NCBI GenBank assembly: GCA_029939575.1
Contig: JAOZSR010000006.1
Span: 4,037 to 68,036 of the forward strand
From: Fidelibacterota bacterium
GTDB taxonomy: Bacteria; Fidelibacterota; UBA2242; JAOZSR01
Direction of reading: 5' to 3'
DNA length: 64,000 nt
The translations under genes and the position numbers were made by a program. Below the pieces are notes generated by a model. It saw only the letters and a list, made by a program, of their open reading frames with translations, had not been told where the DNA came from and ran no database searches. Below are positions 49,559-59,765 of this stretch, in pieces; the first letter of the stretch is position 1; every line of letters begins with the position of its first letter.

Positions 49559-51403
49559 ATGAATAATACTTTTTTAAATAATATACTAAATCACAAATTG
49601 TGGATTTTCAAATCAATTATTTTTATAATTCTTTTATTTTCTATATCTTTCGCTGAAAAAATAAATTTCTCCGCTTCAGTTGATAAAAATCATATCACAT
49701 CCCAGGATATTATTACATATTCTGTAGTTATTGAGGGTGCCAAGGATTTTCCAAATATCACAAAGCCGAATATTAAGGATTTTGTAATAATTAGTGGCCC
49801 ATCACTTTCCAGTAATTTTAGTATGATTAATGGGAGTGTTAGTGTCTCAAAAACATTTAGTTGGCGACTAGCACCTGTTAAAAGTGGTGACTTGGTAATA
49901 GAGCCAATTAAAGTGAAGTATAAGAGACGAACATATACCACTGAAAAAATAATTGTTAGCGTAATTGAAAATAAACAAGTTCCAAATAACAGGCTTAGTT
50001 CCAAAAAAAGCCCGCAAACAAATAATACTAAAGAAATTTTATTCCTAAAGGCAACACCATCTAAATCTACAGTTTATAAAGGTGAGGAAATAATAGTAAC
50101 TTATGATCTCTATTATTTGCTGAAAGTACAGACCTTTAATACAGATAAACTACCTGACGCAAAGAATTTTTGGGTTGAACAATTTCCATCAAATAATCGA
50201 CCAAAAATAACACGGGAAATAGTAGAGGGTAAAGCATTTAATAAAGCCACTTTAATGAAAGTCGCTTATTTCCCTACAAATACAGGTAAATTACAAATCG
50301 ATCCTATGCACATTAGTTGTGAGATTCAGGTAGCCAGCAAACGATCGAATTCATTTTTTGATGATCCTTTTTTCTCAGATTCATTTTTTGGGAATACCGA
50401 GGAACGAAAGATCAAATCGAATAGCATTGATATTACTGTATTACCATTTCCAGAGAAAAATCAGCCTCAGAATTTTAACGGATTAACCGGAGGGTTTGCT
50501 GTTCAATCAACAATTGATACTTTAAAGATTAAACAGGATGAGGCAATTACTTTAAAATATAAAATTTCCTGCCGTGGCAATGTTAGTGCTGTCAAAATTC
50601 CATCTCCTGATTTTCCGGAAAATGTTGAAGTCTTTGATCCTAAGATTTCAAAAAAAATAAATAATAAGGGGAATAATATCCGAGGTTCGCTAATCTATGA
50701 ATATATTTTAATTCCGAGAGAACCTGGTACATTACGAATACCTGCCTTGGAATTTTCTTACTTTGATCCGGAAAGAAAAAAATATTCACAGGTAGTTTCA
50801 GAAAAGTATACTGTAGAAGTATTACCGAAAGAAAGAAAATATTTGTCTTCAAATATAGGCTTAAGAAAAGAAGAAGTCTCATTATTAGGCAAAGATATAC
50901 GATTCATTGATCGAAAAATTTCAAAATGGTATAAAAAAGATGATAGTGTTTTTTTAGAATTTTGGTTTTTGGCAGCCAATATTTTTTCTCTTTTAATTAT
51001 CCTTGTTTCCTTTGGATATAAATTCTGGGCAGAAAAGATGGGCACAAATGTTCTTTTTGCCAGAAAACGTAGAGCCTGGGGAAAGGCTAATGAAAGATTA
51101 AAAAATGCGGAAAAAGCATTTTCGGATAAAAATTTTGATGCAATGCTGACAAACCTTGATCATGCTGTAACCGGATTTATTTCAGACAAACTTGAGATGG
51201 CTGAGGCGGGTATAGGTACTGAGGAAATTTGTCAAAAATTATCTCAAAATAATATAGATAGTGAATTAATTAATAAAGTTAAAATTAATCAGCAGAATTT
51301 AGAGTTGATCAGGTTTACTCCCGGGCAAATCAAAGAAAATGAAATTATTGAATTTATTAATAGTTGTAGAAATCTACTTCAGGAACTTAACAGGGTAATT
51401 TAA
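49559..51403 (+). CDS. batD: BatD-like oxygen-tolerance protein
   Basis: Signal peptide, a large extracytoplasmic domain and a late transmembrane helix (FLEFWFLAANIFSLLIILVSFGY). Operon position matches BatD. Confidence 0.6.
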   Translation: MNNTFLNNILNHKLWIFKSIIFIILLFSISFAEKINFSASVDKNHITSQDIITYSVVIEGAKDFPNITKPNIKDFVIISGPSLSSNFSMINGSVSVSKTFSWRLAPVKSGDLVIEPIKVKYKRRTYTTEKIIVSVIENKQVPNNRLSSKKSPQTNNTKEILFLKATPSKSTVYKGEEIIVTYDLYYLLKVQTFNTDKLPDAKNFWVEQFPSNNRPKITREIVEGKAFNKATLMKVAYFPTNTGKLQIDPMHISCEIQVASKRSNSFFDDPFFSDSFFGNTEERKIKSNSIDITVLPFPEKNQPQNFNGLTGGFAVQSTIDTLKIKQDEAITLKYKISCRGNVSAVKIPSPDFPENVEVFDPKISKKINNKGNNIRGSLIYEYILIPREPGTLRIPALEFSYFDPERKKYSQVVSEKYTVEVLPKERKYLSSNIGLRKEEVSLLGKDIRFIDRKISKWYKKDDSVFLEFWFLAANIFSLLIILVSFGYKFWAEKMGTNVLFARKRRAWGKANERLKNAEKAFSDKNFDAMLTNLDHAVTGFISDKLEMAEAGIGTEEICQKLSQNNIDSELINKVKINQQNLELIRFTPGQIKENEIIEFINSCRNLLQELNRVI

Positions 51404-51404
51404 T

Positions 51405-52172
51405 ATGAGAACAATGCAAAAATATCTAATATTCTGTTTGATTTTTTTCTCGCAAATATTTGCTATGGAAGAGAGTGATATTAACCATTTTTTTGAAAAA
51501 GGAAACCAGGCTTATTTGCAGGAAAATTATTCTGAAGCAATAAAAAATTATGAAATGATCATAGCAAACGGATTTGAAAACGGTACATTATATTTCAATC
51601 TTGGCAATGCATATCACAAAATAGGTAATATTGGTCTGTCGATCTTAAATTACGAGCGCGCCATGAAATGGCGACCGAATGATGAAAATTTATTATTTAA
51701 TTTGAAACTGGTTAATTTGAAAGTGAAAGACAGGATTGACCTTCCGAAGGAATTTTTCCTTTTTAAATGGCATAGAAACTATATAACTTATTTTTTATCA
51801 AATCAGTGGGCGCTTTTTTTAACCCTTTTTGCCTTTGTAATAGCGATTCTTTCGGGATTAATTTTGAATTTTAAGCATCTTAGAATATCTAAAATATTTA
51901 AACCAGCACTTTCATTTTTTATTGTATTGTTTTTCCTCTGTCTCTATCCCTTAATCCAAAAAGATAAATTGGAAAATAATCATAATACAGGTATAATTAT
52001 TAAGAAAGAAGTCAAAAGTTTATCTGCACCTCAGGATGGAACAACCCAGTTATTTGTTGTACATGAAGGAACTAAGGTTAATATTCTGGATCAGGACAAC
52101 GACTGGATAAAGGTAGAATTAATTGATGGAAAACAGGGTTGGATCAAAATTGGTCAAGTCGGCATTATTTGA
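51405..52172 (+). CDS. batE: BatE-like protein (TPR plus TM plus C-terminal SH3b-like domain)
   Basis: TPR repeats (AIKNYEMII…YFNLGNAYHKIGN…), transmembrane helices and a C-terminal …KVELIDGKQGWIKIGQVG SH3-like domain. Confidence 0.55.
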   Translation: MRTMQKYLIFCLIFFSQIFAMEESDINHFFEKGNQAYLQENYSEAIKNYEMIIANGFENGTLYFNLGNAYHKIGNIGLSILNYERAMKWRPNDENLLFNLKLVNLKVKDRIDLPKEFFLFKWHRNYITYFLSNQWALFLTLFAFVIAILSGLILNFKHLRISKIFKPALSFFIVLFFLCLYPLIQKDKLENNHNTGIIIKKEVKSLSAPQDGTTQLFVVHEGTKVNILDQDNDWIKVELIDGKQGWIKIGQVGII

Positions 52173-52310
52173 AAAAATCTTAAAATTTGTTTATTAAATT
52201 ATTATGATTTAAATATGGCACCAATAGAAAATATTATAATTTTTTAGGTGTCTTTATTTTTTTATTTAATGATATATTTTTGTATATTATAGGAACAGAA
52301 TGAGAAAAAA

Positions 52311-52778
52311 ATGAAAAAAATACTATTTATCTTCATTATTATAAATTTATCAATTTTTGCACAAAATAAAATTCAGGATGAGAGTTTTAATCCTTCGGAA
52401 TTAAATGAACCGGTAATACCATTTTTTGATGGAACATCAATTTATGAAGTAATCACTGATATTAATCAAAATAAATATAAATATATTACTGAAACAGATT
52501 CATTTAAAGTAGTTGAACGAAAAGGTTGGAAAGTTCAGATATTTTCTTCTGAGGATTATTTTTTTTCTGATAGCATCCACACCCAGGCTCTTACCGTCTT
52601 TAAAGATGAGGATGTTGTTAAAATTTTTAACTCACCATATTACAAAATTCGTATTGGTAATTGTGTATCCAGGGAAGAAGCTGAAAAATTATTAGAAAAA
52701 GCACAGAAAAAAGGTTATCGGGATTCCTGGATAATTTCAACTAGAGTAAAGGTTATGGAAAAAGTTTTTTCCTATTAA
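52311..52778 (+). CDS. SPOR-domain (septal peptidoglycan-binding) secreted protein
   Basis: Signal peptide. C-terminal WKVQIFSSED…YKIRIGNCVSREEAEKLLEKAQKKGYRDSWII matches the SPOR fold pattern. Confidence 0.5.
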   Translation: MKKILFIFIIINLSIFAQNKIQDESFNPSELNEPVIPFFDGTSIYEVITDINQNKYKYITETDSFKVVERKGWKVQIFSSEDYFFSDSIHTQALTVFKDEDVVKIFNSPYYKIRIGNCVSREEAEKLLEKAQKKGYRDSWIISTRVKVMEKVFSY

Positions 52779-52799
52779 TAATTAATAATAGAGGTAAAT

Positions 52800-53543
52800 A
52801 TGTCCGGACATTCAAAATGGAGCACAATAAAAAGAAAAAAAGCCGCTGCTGATTCAAAAAGAGGGAAAATTTTTACTAAATTAATTAAAGAAATTCAGGT
52901 TGCTGCTAAGATGGGTGGTGGTGATCAGGATTCAAATTCAAGACTAAGGAATGCTATTGATGCTGCCAAATCTGCTAATATGCCGCTTGCAAATGTAGAA
53001 AAAGCAATTAAAAAAGGTACCGGTGATCTGGAAGGTGTTAATTACGAAGAGCATGTTTATGAAGCCTATGGACCTGGTGGAGTTGCTATTTTACTCGAAA
53101 CCATGACAGATAATAAAAACAGGACAGTTTCTGAACTAAGACATGAAATATCAAAACATGGCGGAAATCTGGCAACCAACGGAAGTGTTGCCTGGATGTT
53201 TGAGCAAAAAGGCAAGATTGTTGTAAAAACTGATACTTGTTCCGAAGATGATCTTTTTTTATTGGTTTCTGATGGTGGAGCAGAAGACCTTACGTCTGAT
53301 AAAGAATTTTTTGAAGTAACTACAAATGTATCTTCTTTCCAGGATGTTAAAAATATTCTTGAAGAAAATAATATCAAAATTGAAGAGGCAAATCTTGAAA
53401 TGATACCCAAAAATATGGTAAAAGTTGATGAAGATAACGCCACGAAAATTCTTAAGTTAATGGAAATTCTTGAGGAACATGAGGATGTACAAAAAGTTTT
53501 TTCAAATTTTGATATTGATGAAGAAATAATTGAGAAATTATAG
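52800..53543 (+). CDS. yebC: YebC/PmpR-family transcriptional regulator
   Basis: MSGHSKWSTIKRKKAAADSKRGKIFTKL… hallmark N-terminus. Confidence 0.9.
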   Translation: MSGHSKWSTIKRKKAAADSKRGKIFTKLIKEIQVAAKMGGGDQDSNSRLRNAIDAAKSANMPLANVEKAIKKGTGDLEGVNYEEHVYEAYGPGGVAILLETMTDNKNRTVSELRHEISKHGGNLATNGSVAWMFEQKGKIVVKTDTCSEDDLFLLVSDGGAEDLTSDKEFFEVTTNVSSFQDVKNILEENNIKIEEANLEMIPKNMVKVDEDNATKILKLMEILEEHEDVQKVFSNFDIDEEIIEKL

Positions 53544-53575
53544 GGATAAAATTTATCAGTCAACAAATCAGAGTA

Positions 53576-54046
53576 TTGGGAATTGATCCTGGTTTAAATC
53601 ATACCGGGTTTGGTATAATTGAGGAAAAAAATAAACAGCAGGTTTATTTGGATAGCGGAGTAATAAGTACTTCTGTTAAAACAGATTTTGCTCTGAGGTT
53701 AAAAAAAATATTTTTTGGTGTTGAAGATCTCATAAAACTTTGGCAACCTGATGTAATATCTATTGAAGAAGTGATATATGCCCAAAATGTAAAAACAGCC
53801 TTAAAACTCGGACATGCCAGAGGAGTGGTTTTACTTGCCGGCGCAAAAGCGAATATAGATTTATATGAATATTCACCTCGGAAAATAAAATCTTCTGTTA
53901 CCGGCAATGGAGCAGCTGGTAAAGACCAGGTGAAATTTATGGTTACCAGGTTACTAAAATTAAAACAGCAATCACTAAATTTGGATGCTTCAGATGCACT
54001 TGCAATTGCACTATGTTTTCTTTTTCAAAATAAATTACTGAGGTAA
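53576..54046 (+). CDS. ruvC: crossover junction endodeoxyribonuclease RuvC
   Basis: TTG start; (M)GIDPGLNHTGFGII… with catalytic Asp/Glu positions. Order yebC-ruvC-ruvA. Confidence 0.8.
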   Translation: MGIDPGLNHTGFGIIEEKNKQQVYLDSGVISTSVKTDFALRLKKIFFGVEDLIKLWQPDVISIEEVIYAQNVKTALKLGHARGVVLLAGAKANIDLYEYSPRKIKSSVTGNGAAGKDQVKFMVTRLLKLKQQSLNLDASDALAIALCFLFQNKLLR

Positions 54047-54052
54047 TTATTT

Positions 54053-54646
54053 ATGTTTTCTTATATTAAAGGGATACTAACTTACAAAGAACCAACTAAT
54101 TGTACACTCGATGTTCATGGTATTGGTTTTGAAATACACATTACACTGTCAACCTATGAAAATTTACCAATAATTGGAAAAGAAGTAAAGTTGCTTATTC
54201 ATCATTATGTAAGAGAAGATGCACAAAGATTATATGGATTTTTTACCTTTGAAGAAAAGGAATTGTTCCTGTTATTGATAAGTATTTCCGGGATTGGTGC
54301 AAAAATGGCTCTTACAATATTATCAGGCGCAACGCCGGATCAATTTAAAAATAGAATAATATCCGAAGATGTGAAATCTTTGACTCTAATTCCAGGTATC
54401 GGAAAAAAAACTGCTCAGCGCATAATTATTGAATTGGGTGAAAAACTAACTCAATTATCTGGTACTTCATCCGATGAAATGTCTATTACAGCCAAATATC
54501 CGAATACAGAAGAAGCTTTGCGGGCTTTAATTTCATTAGGATATAATCGGGCAGAATCTACTAAAGCCATAAATAAAGCGTTGAAAGAAATTGGAAATAA
54601 TGGATCACTTGAACAATATATCAAAATCGCCTTAAACAAAATGTAA
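54053..54646 (+). CDS. ruvA: Holliday junction DNA helicase subunit RuvA
   Basis: MFSYIKGILTYKEPTNCTLDVHGIGFEIHI…; HhH motifs (ISGIGAKMAL, IPGIGKKTAQRI). Confidence 0.85.
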   Translation: MFSYIKGILTYKEPTNCTLDVHGIGFEIHITLSTYENLPIIGKEVKLLIHHYVREDAQRLYGFFTFEEKELFLLLISISGIGAKMALTILSGATPDQFKNRIISEDVKSLTLIPGIGKKTAQRIIIELGEKLTQLSGTSSDEMSITAKYPNTEEALRALISLGYNRAESTKAINKALKEIGNNGSLEQYIKIALNKM

Positions 54647-54658
54647 AGGAGGGTTATT

Positions 54659-55750
54659 ATGGTAGCAAAAAAAACATCATTTTATAATAAACATGTTGAA
54701 TATGGAGCTAAAATTGTGCCATTTGCAGGATATTTGATGCCAATACAATATACAGGAATTATTGATGAACATCTGACTGTCCGTAATAATGTCGGAGTAT
54801 TTGATGTAAGTCATATGGGTGAGTTCTTAGTTACAGGGGAAAATGCAGAAAATTTTTTGAATAATCTTACAGTTAATAATGTTGAAAAATTGGAAGTTGG
54901 ACAGATTCAATATTCTGCAATGTGTTATCCTGATGGTGGCATTGTTGATGATTTGTTAGTTTACAAGTTTAAAGATTACTATTTGATGGTTGTAAATGCC
55001 TCGAATATTGAGAAAGATTATGCCTGGGCATTAGAAAATTTAATGGATAATGTCGAGTTGAAAAATATTTCTGAAAATACTGCTTTATTGGCAGTTCAAG
55101 GTCCGCAGTCTTTTAAAACACTTCAGAAATTAACTGAGGTTAATTTATCTGAAATTCCTTTTTATCATTTTAAAGAAGATAAATTAGCTGGTGAAAAATT
55201 AATTATTTCCAGGACCGGATATACGGGTGAGATGGGATTTGAATTATACCATAACCCAAAAGATAGTGAAAAATTGTGGAATGAAATTTTTAAAGCAGGA
55301 GAAGAGTTTGGAATAAAACCTGTAGGTCTGGGCTGTAGAGATACTTTGCGTTTAGAAATGAAATACGCTCTTTATGGAAATGACATTGACAAGACGACCA
55401 ACCCTCTGGAAGCAGGTTTGGGATGGATCACTAAACTGAAAAAAAATGGTTTTATCGGGCAAGAAGCCTTGCAGCAAATTAAAGAGCAAGGTTTGAAAAG
55501 AAGAAATGTTGCCTTTGAACTAACTGAACGAGGAATTCCTCGTCAGGGTTACAAAATTTTTAAAGATGGTGAAGAGATTGGAAATGTTACAAGTGGAACA
55601 ATGTCTCCGTCATTAAAAAAAGGAATCGGAACCGGTTATGTTGCTAAGGCATTTCAGAAGTCGGGAACAGAAATAGAAATTGAAATGAGAGGAAAATTTG
55701 TCAAAGCAGTAATAGTGAAACCACCATTTGTACCATCGAGAACATCATGA
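54659..55750 (+). CDS. gcvT: glycine cleavage system aminomethyltransferase T
   Basis: …LTVRNNVGVFDVSHMGEF…SRTGYTGEMGFE… GcvT signatures. Confidence 0.85.
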   Translation: MVAKKTSFYNKHVEYGAKIVPFAGYLMPIQYTGIIDEHLTVRNNVGVFDVSHMGEFLVTGENAENFLNNLTVNNVEKLEVGQIQYSAMCYPDGGIVDDLLVYKFKDYYLMVVNASNIEKDYAWALENLMDNVELKNISENTALLAVQGPQSFKTLQKLTEVNLSEIPFYHFKEDKLAGEKLIISRTGYTGEMGFELYHNPKDSEKLWNEIFKAGEEFGIKPVGLGCRDTLRLEMKYALYGNDIDKTTNPLEAGLGWITKLKKNGFIGQEALQQIKEQGLKRRNVAFELTERGIPRQGYKIFKDGEEIGNVTSGTMSPSLKKGIGTGYVAKAFQKSGTEIEIEMRGKFVKAVIVKPPFVPSRTS

Positions 55751-58014
55751 GCAAAAAGCGCCTCGAAATAATAGGAATGTTACTCATAACTCTGGGAGTA
55801 TTAATGCTCTTGAGTTTGATTTCCTATAATCCACAGGAAGAGCCAACAATTTCACAAAATGTAATTATTAAAAACTGGATGGGAATTGCCGGAATATTTA
55901 TTTCACATTTGTTAATGAAATATACAATCGGTGTAGCTTCATTTGTATTTCCAATATTAATATTATTATGGGGGTGGTGGCTTTTTGCAAAAAGAGACAA
56001 GAAAGTATTATTAAGATTTTCAATTTATTTAGTTATTATGTCAATAATTGTTTCTATTGCTTTAGCGATACCAACAGTCAGTCAAAATATTACAGTATCT
56101 TATGGTTTTCGATATAGTGGATTTATTGGAGGGGTAATTGCAAAAACCCTGTTTGATTTTCTTGGATTGACAGGTATTATTATATTTATTTCCGGAATTG
56201 CTTTGGTAACTATTAGAGGTTATTTTTCCTGGAATTTTTATGGTCCTTTTGAATGGATTTTTGCTAAGAAAAATCAAAAGCAAAAGAAGATTCCGTCAGA
56301 AGATAAGAAAAAGTCAATTTTTCAAAAGCTGTTTGAGAGAAAAGATAAAGAATCTAAAGAAGTAACTCCGGCAGTAAAAGATCTGACTCCTAAAGAATTA
56401 TTGATAAATAAGGATGATAGACCTGAGAACCCCCCAATTCCATTAAAGAAAAAGTTAAAGAAGCAAAATAAGGAGACGGATTTAAAATTTTCTGTTGATG
56501 AAGAAATAACTGAGGAAGTTAATGATTCCGATAAAAGTCCTAAACAAAGAAATACCAGACAAAAATTTCAACTACCAGATGTAAATTTATTGGCTGAAAT
56601 ACCTGATCAGTCTGACAATGTTGATGAAGATGAAATGAGAGAAAATGCCAGACTTCTTGAAGAATCTCTTGCAACATTCAAAGTTGATGGACGGGTTGTT
56701 CATGTTTCACCGGGACCGGTAGTTACTCAATATGAAGTGGAACCTGGTAAGGGAGTAAGGATCAGTAAAATAGCAGCTCTTGCTGATGATCTGGCTCGCA
56801 TTCTAAAAGCAAAAAGAATCCGTATTGTAGCCCCAATTCCAGGTAAATCTGTTGTTGGAATTGAAATTCCAAATCGTAAACAAGCAATGATTTATCTGAA
56901 AAGCATTATTGCTTGCAAAAAATATAAAAAAGTTGAATCCAAACTAACACTTGCTTTGGGAAAAACAATTTCAGGTGAAGTATTTATGACTGATTTAGCA
57001 AAAATGCCGCATCTGTTAATTGCCGGAGCAACAGGTGCAGGAAAAAGTGTCTGTTTAAATACAATTATTACAAGTATTCTTTACAAAGCAAAACCAGATG
57101 AAGTAAAATTTATGATGATAGATCCAAAAAAATTGGAACTTTCAGCCTATAAAGCTTTAATTGGTTTCCATTTAATTCAATGTGAAGACCTAGATGAATA
57201 TGTAGTGACCAAGCCTGATAATGCTATAGTTGCCCTGAAATCGATAGAACTTGAAATGGAGCGACGTTATGATATTCTTGCTGGTGCAACAGTGAGAAAT
57301 TTGACAGAATATAATACCAAAATTGTTGATGGGGTTCTGGATCAGGAGCATTTACCATATATTGTTGTAGTTATTGACGAATTAGCAGACTTGATGCTCA
57401 CTTCAGCCAAAGAGGTTGAAGAACCAATTACCCGATTAGCTCAAATGGCGCGTGCTGTTGGGATTCATTTGGTAATTGCAACTCAAAGACCTTCAGTCAA
57501 TGTTATTACAGGTGTGATTAAGGCGAATTTTCCGGCAAGAATTGCATTTCAGGTAGCATCAAAAATTGATTCACGAACTATTTTGGATTTCAATGGCGCA
57601 GAAAAATTGCTCGGGAGAGGAGATATGTTAATCACAACTCCACAACATCCGGAACCGCAAAGATTGCATGGAGCATTTATCTCGCTTGATGAAATTGAGA
57701 GGATTCTGGGGCATATTTCCAGCCAGGCCAAGCCTGATGAAATTGCACTACCATCTGTACAAGAGGATCTGGTTGATGAATTTGGAGAAGTGAGCGACGA
57801 TGATCGTGATGAGCTTTATTATGATGCTCTAAAACTTGTTGTAATTCATCAGCAGGGTTCAATTTCTTTGGTTCAAAGGCGGTTAAAGGTTGGATACTCC
57901 AGGGCAGCCAGAATAATTGATCAGTTAGAGCATGGTGGGATTGTCGGGCCATTTACCGGCAGTAAAGCGCGTGAAGTTTTGGTTGATGAAAATTATCTTG
58001 AAGATATAGATTAA
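55747..58014 (+). CDS. ftsK: DNA translocase FtsK/SpoIIIE
   Basis: N-terminal 4-TM domain, a linker, a motor domain with Walker A AGATGAGKSV, and a C-terminal gamma winged helix (…ISLVQRRLKVGYSRAARIIDQLE…). Confidence 0.9.
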   Translation: MSKKRLEIIGMLLITLGVLMLLSLISYNPQEEPTISQNVIIKNWMGIAGIFISHLLMKYTIGVASFVFPILILLWGWWLFAKRDKKVLLRFSIYLVIMSIIVSIALAIPTVSQNITVSYGFRYSGFIGGVIAKTLFDFLGLTGIIIFISGIALVTIRGYFSWNFYGPFEWIFAKKNQKQKKIPSEDKKKSIFQKLFERKDKESKEVTPAVKDLTPKELLINKDDRPENPPIPLKKKLKKQNKETDLKFSVDEEITEEVNDSDKSPKQRNTRQKFQLPDVNLLAEIPDQSDNVDEDEMRENARLLEESLATFKVDGRVVHVSPGPVVTQYEVEPGKGVRISKIAALADDLARILKAKRIRIVAPIPGKSVVGIEIPNRKQAMIYLKSIIACKKYKKVESKLTLALGKTISGEVFMTDLAKMPHLLIAGATGAGKSVCLNTIITSILYKAKPDEVKFMMIDPKKLELSAYKALIGFHLIQCEDLDEYVVTKPDNAIVALKSIELEMERRYDILAGATVRNLTEYNTKIVDGVLDQEHLPYIVVVIDELADLMLTSAKEVEEPITRLAQMARAVGIHLVIATQRPSVNVITGVIKANFPARIAFQVASKIDSRTILDFNGAEKLLGRGDMLITTPQHPEPQRLHGAFISLDEIERILGHISSQAKPDEIALPSVQEDLVDEFGEVSDDDRDELYYDALKLVVIHQQGSISLVQRRLKVGYSRAARIIDQLEHGGIVGPFTGSKAREVLVDENYLEDID

Positions 58015-58089
58015 TTATTAAGTATTTTCATTTTAAATGATGTGAGTATAATCACCTTGTAAATAAATATTTATTGTTATAATTCGAGG

Positions 58090-58746
58090 TTGTTTGATAG
58101 GATTGTATTATTGATGAAAGTTTGCATTAACATATTAATTTTCTTTATATTAACCGCTTTCCCGGTGTTTTCAAAAAATGGAGTTGGAGATTCTTTACTT
58201 CAGCAATTAACAGATAATTATTTATTAAAAACACCATTCCAGATAAGTTTTGATATTGAGCAGCAACTTGTTGGGGAGGAAAATAAGTTGGAATATTCTG
58301 GGGAATTTTATCTTCATTCTAAAAATTGTTTCCTGATGAATTTTTCTAATCAGGAAATTTTGTATGATGGAGAATGGCTCTGGAGTTATGAAAAATTACG
58401 GGACGAGGTGATTGTAGAAGAATTTGATCCTAGTTCCAGTTTAAAATTAATATATGATATTTTCCATGGAAATTGGACTGATTTTTCAGTAATTAATGTG
58501 GAGCACAAATGTGATTCGATTGCCCGGATATTATTAAAAAGTACAGATAATTACAGTTTTTTTAAATCAATAGAATTAAATGTAAATACTCAAAAAAGTG
58601 AAGTTTTAGAAGCGAGTTATATAGATTTTCAGGACAATAGTACAGACATTATTTTTAATCAAAATATTCAAATTAGTAAAAATGATTCTGTATTATTCAA
58701 GATAAAAGAAATTAATAAAGATAAATTGATTGATCTCAGACCATGA
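58090..58746 (+). CDS. lolA: LolA-like outer-membrane lipoprotein carrier protein
   Basis: Signal peptide. …ILYDGEWLWSYEKLRDEVIVEEFDP… resembles the LolA core motif. ftsK-lolA synteny as in Proteobacteria. Confidence 0.5.
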   Translation: MFDRIVLLMKVCINILIFFILTAFPVFSKNGVGDSLLQQLTDNYLLKTPFQISFDIEQQLVGEENKLEYSGEFYLHSKNCFLMNFSNQEILYDGEWLWSYEKLRDEVIVEEFDPSSSLKLIYDIFHGNWTDFSVINVEHKCDSIARILLKSTDNYSFFKSIELNVNTQKSEVLEASYIDFQDNSTDIIFNQNIQISKNDSVLFKIKEINKDKLIDLRP

Positions 58747-59765
58747 TAGGAAAAAAGAGAGAAAAAAGTAGTCGGTTTTTTAATTTTAAAACTCTACTTA
58801 GTGTTTTATTAAGTATTCTCGGATTATACCTTGGATTTAGGAAATTCGATGGACAGGAATTTATTGATTCCTTACTTATGACAAATTTAACTTTATTTTT
58901 TTTATCAATGGTAATTTTAGTTTTTACAGTAGTATTAAGAGCCATTCGATGGAAGTATATTTTGCAACCAATTAAAGAAGAGCCGGTAAAGCAACTGTTT
59001 GCCACCCAGATGATTGGATATTTTGGAAATAATGTATTTCCAATGAGGTTTGGAGAATTCTTGAGAGCCTTTTCCTTAAGTAAAATCACTAAGGTTCCAG
59101 GTTCTACTGTGTTTGGAACGATTGTTGTCGAGAGAGTAATTGATACATTGACAGTATTTGTTTTGTTGGTAATTTCACTTCTTTTTTTTCCAACCCTGCC
59201 AAAAGAATTGAAAATGGCTGTTTGGCTGTTCTTAATAGTATTTGGTCTTTTTGTTTTTTTAGTATATATTTTGTTTCGGAAAGAAGGAACAGTAAAGAGA
59301 TTTTTAAAAAAGATGAAAACAAATAGAATTATAGTTAGAATTCTGGAGATTTTTAGAAATTTTTATAAAGGAATAAAATCTTTACAAAAGACTTCCCATC
59401 CAATCCGGATTATTGTGCTTTCTATAATAATCTGGGTTCTTTGTATTTTTAATGTTTGGATAATTGGTGTGGCTCTGAATGTTTTTTTTACTATTAAAAA
59501 TACATTATTAATATTTTTTATCACATCTGCTGTAATAGCTATACCATCTGCTCCCGGATATGTGGGAACTTATCATTATGGAGCAATAAAAGTATTGGAA
59601 TTAATTGGAATAGGCCATACAAAATCACAGGCTATTGCTGTGATTATGCATGGTGTCGGTTTTTTATCATTAACATTGATTGGGCTGATATATTTTTTAA
59701 AATATCATATTAGCATAAAAGATACTGATGGTTTAAAAGAATATAATGAAAATTTAGAAACTTGA
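58743..59765 (+). CDS. lysylphosphatidylglycerol-synthase-TM-like / flippase-like (UPF0104) membrane protein
   Basis: Polytopic, with an N-terminal …VLRAIRWKYILQPIK… motif typical of the UPF0104 family. Confidence 0.5.
   Translation: MIGKKREKSSRFFNFKTLLSVLLSILGLYLGFRKFDGQEFIDSLLMTNLTLFFLSMVILVFTVVLRAIRWKYILQPIKEEPVKQLFATQMIGYFGNNVFPMRFGEFLRAFSLSKITKVPGSTVFGTIVVERVIDTLTVFVLLVISLLFFPTLPKELKMAVWLFLIVFGLFVFLVYILFRKEGTVKRFLKKMKTNRIIVRILEIFRNFYKGIKSLQKTSHPIRIIVLSIIIWVLCIFNVWIIGVALNVFFTIKNTLLIFFITSAVIAIPSAPGYVGTYHYGAIKVLELIGIGHTKSQAIAVIMHGVGFLSLTLIGLIYFLKYHISIKDTDGLKEYNENLET

Noticed and set aside
54053-55750. ruvA followed by gcvT rather than ruvB; gcvT without gcvH/gcvP
   Set aside because: This is a gene-order variation only. 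ruvB, gcvH and gcvP can reside elsewhere, so it is not evidence of anything unusual.
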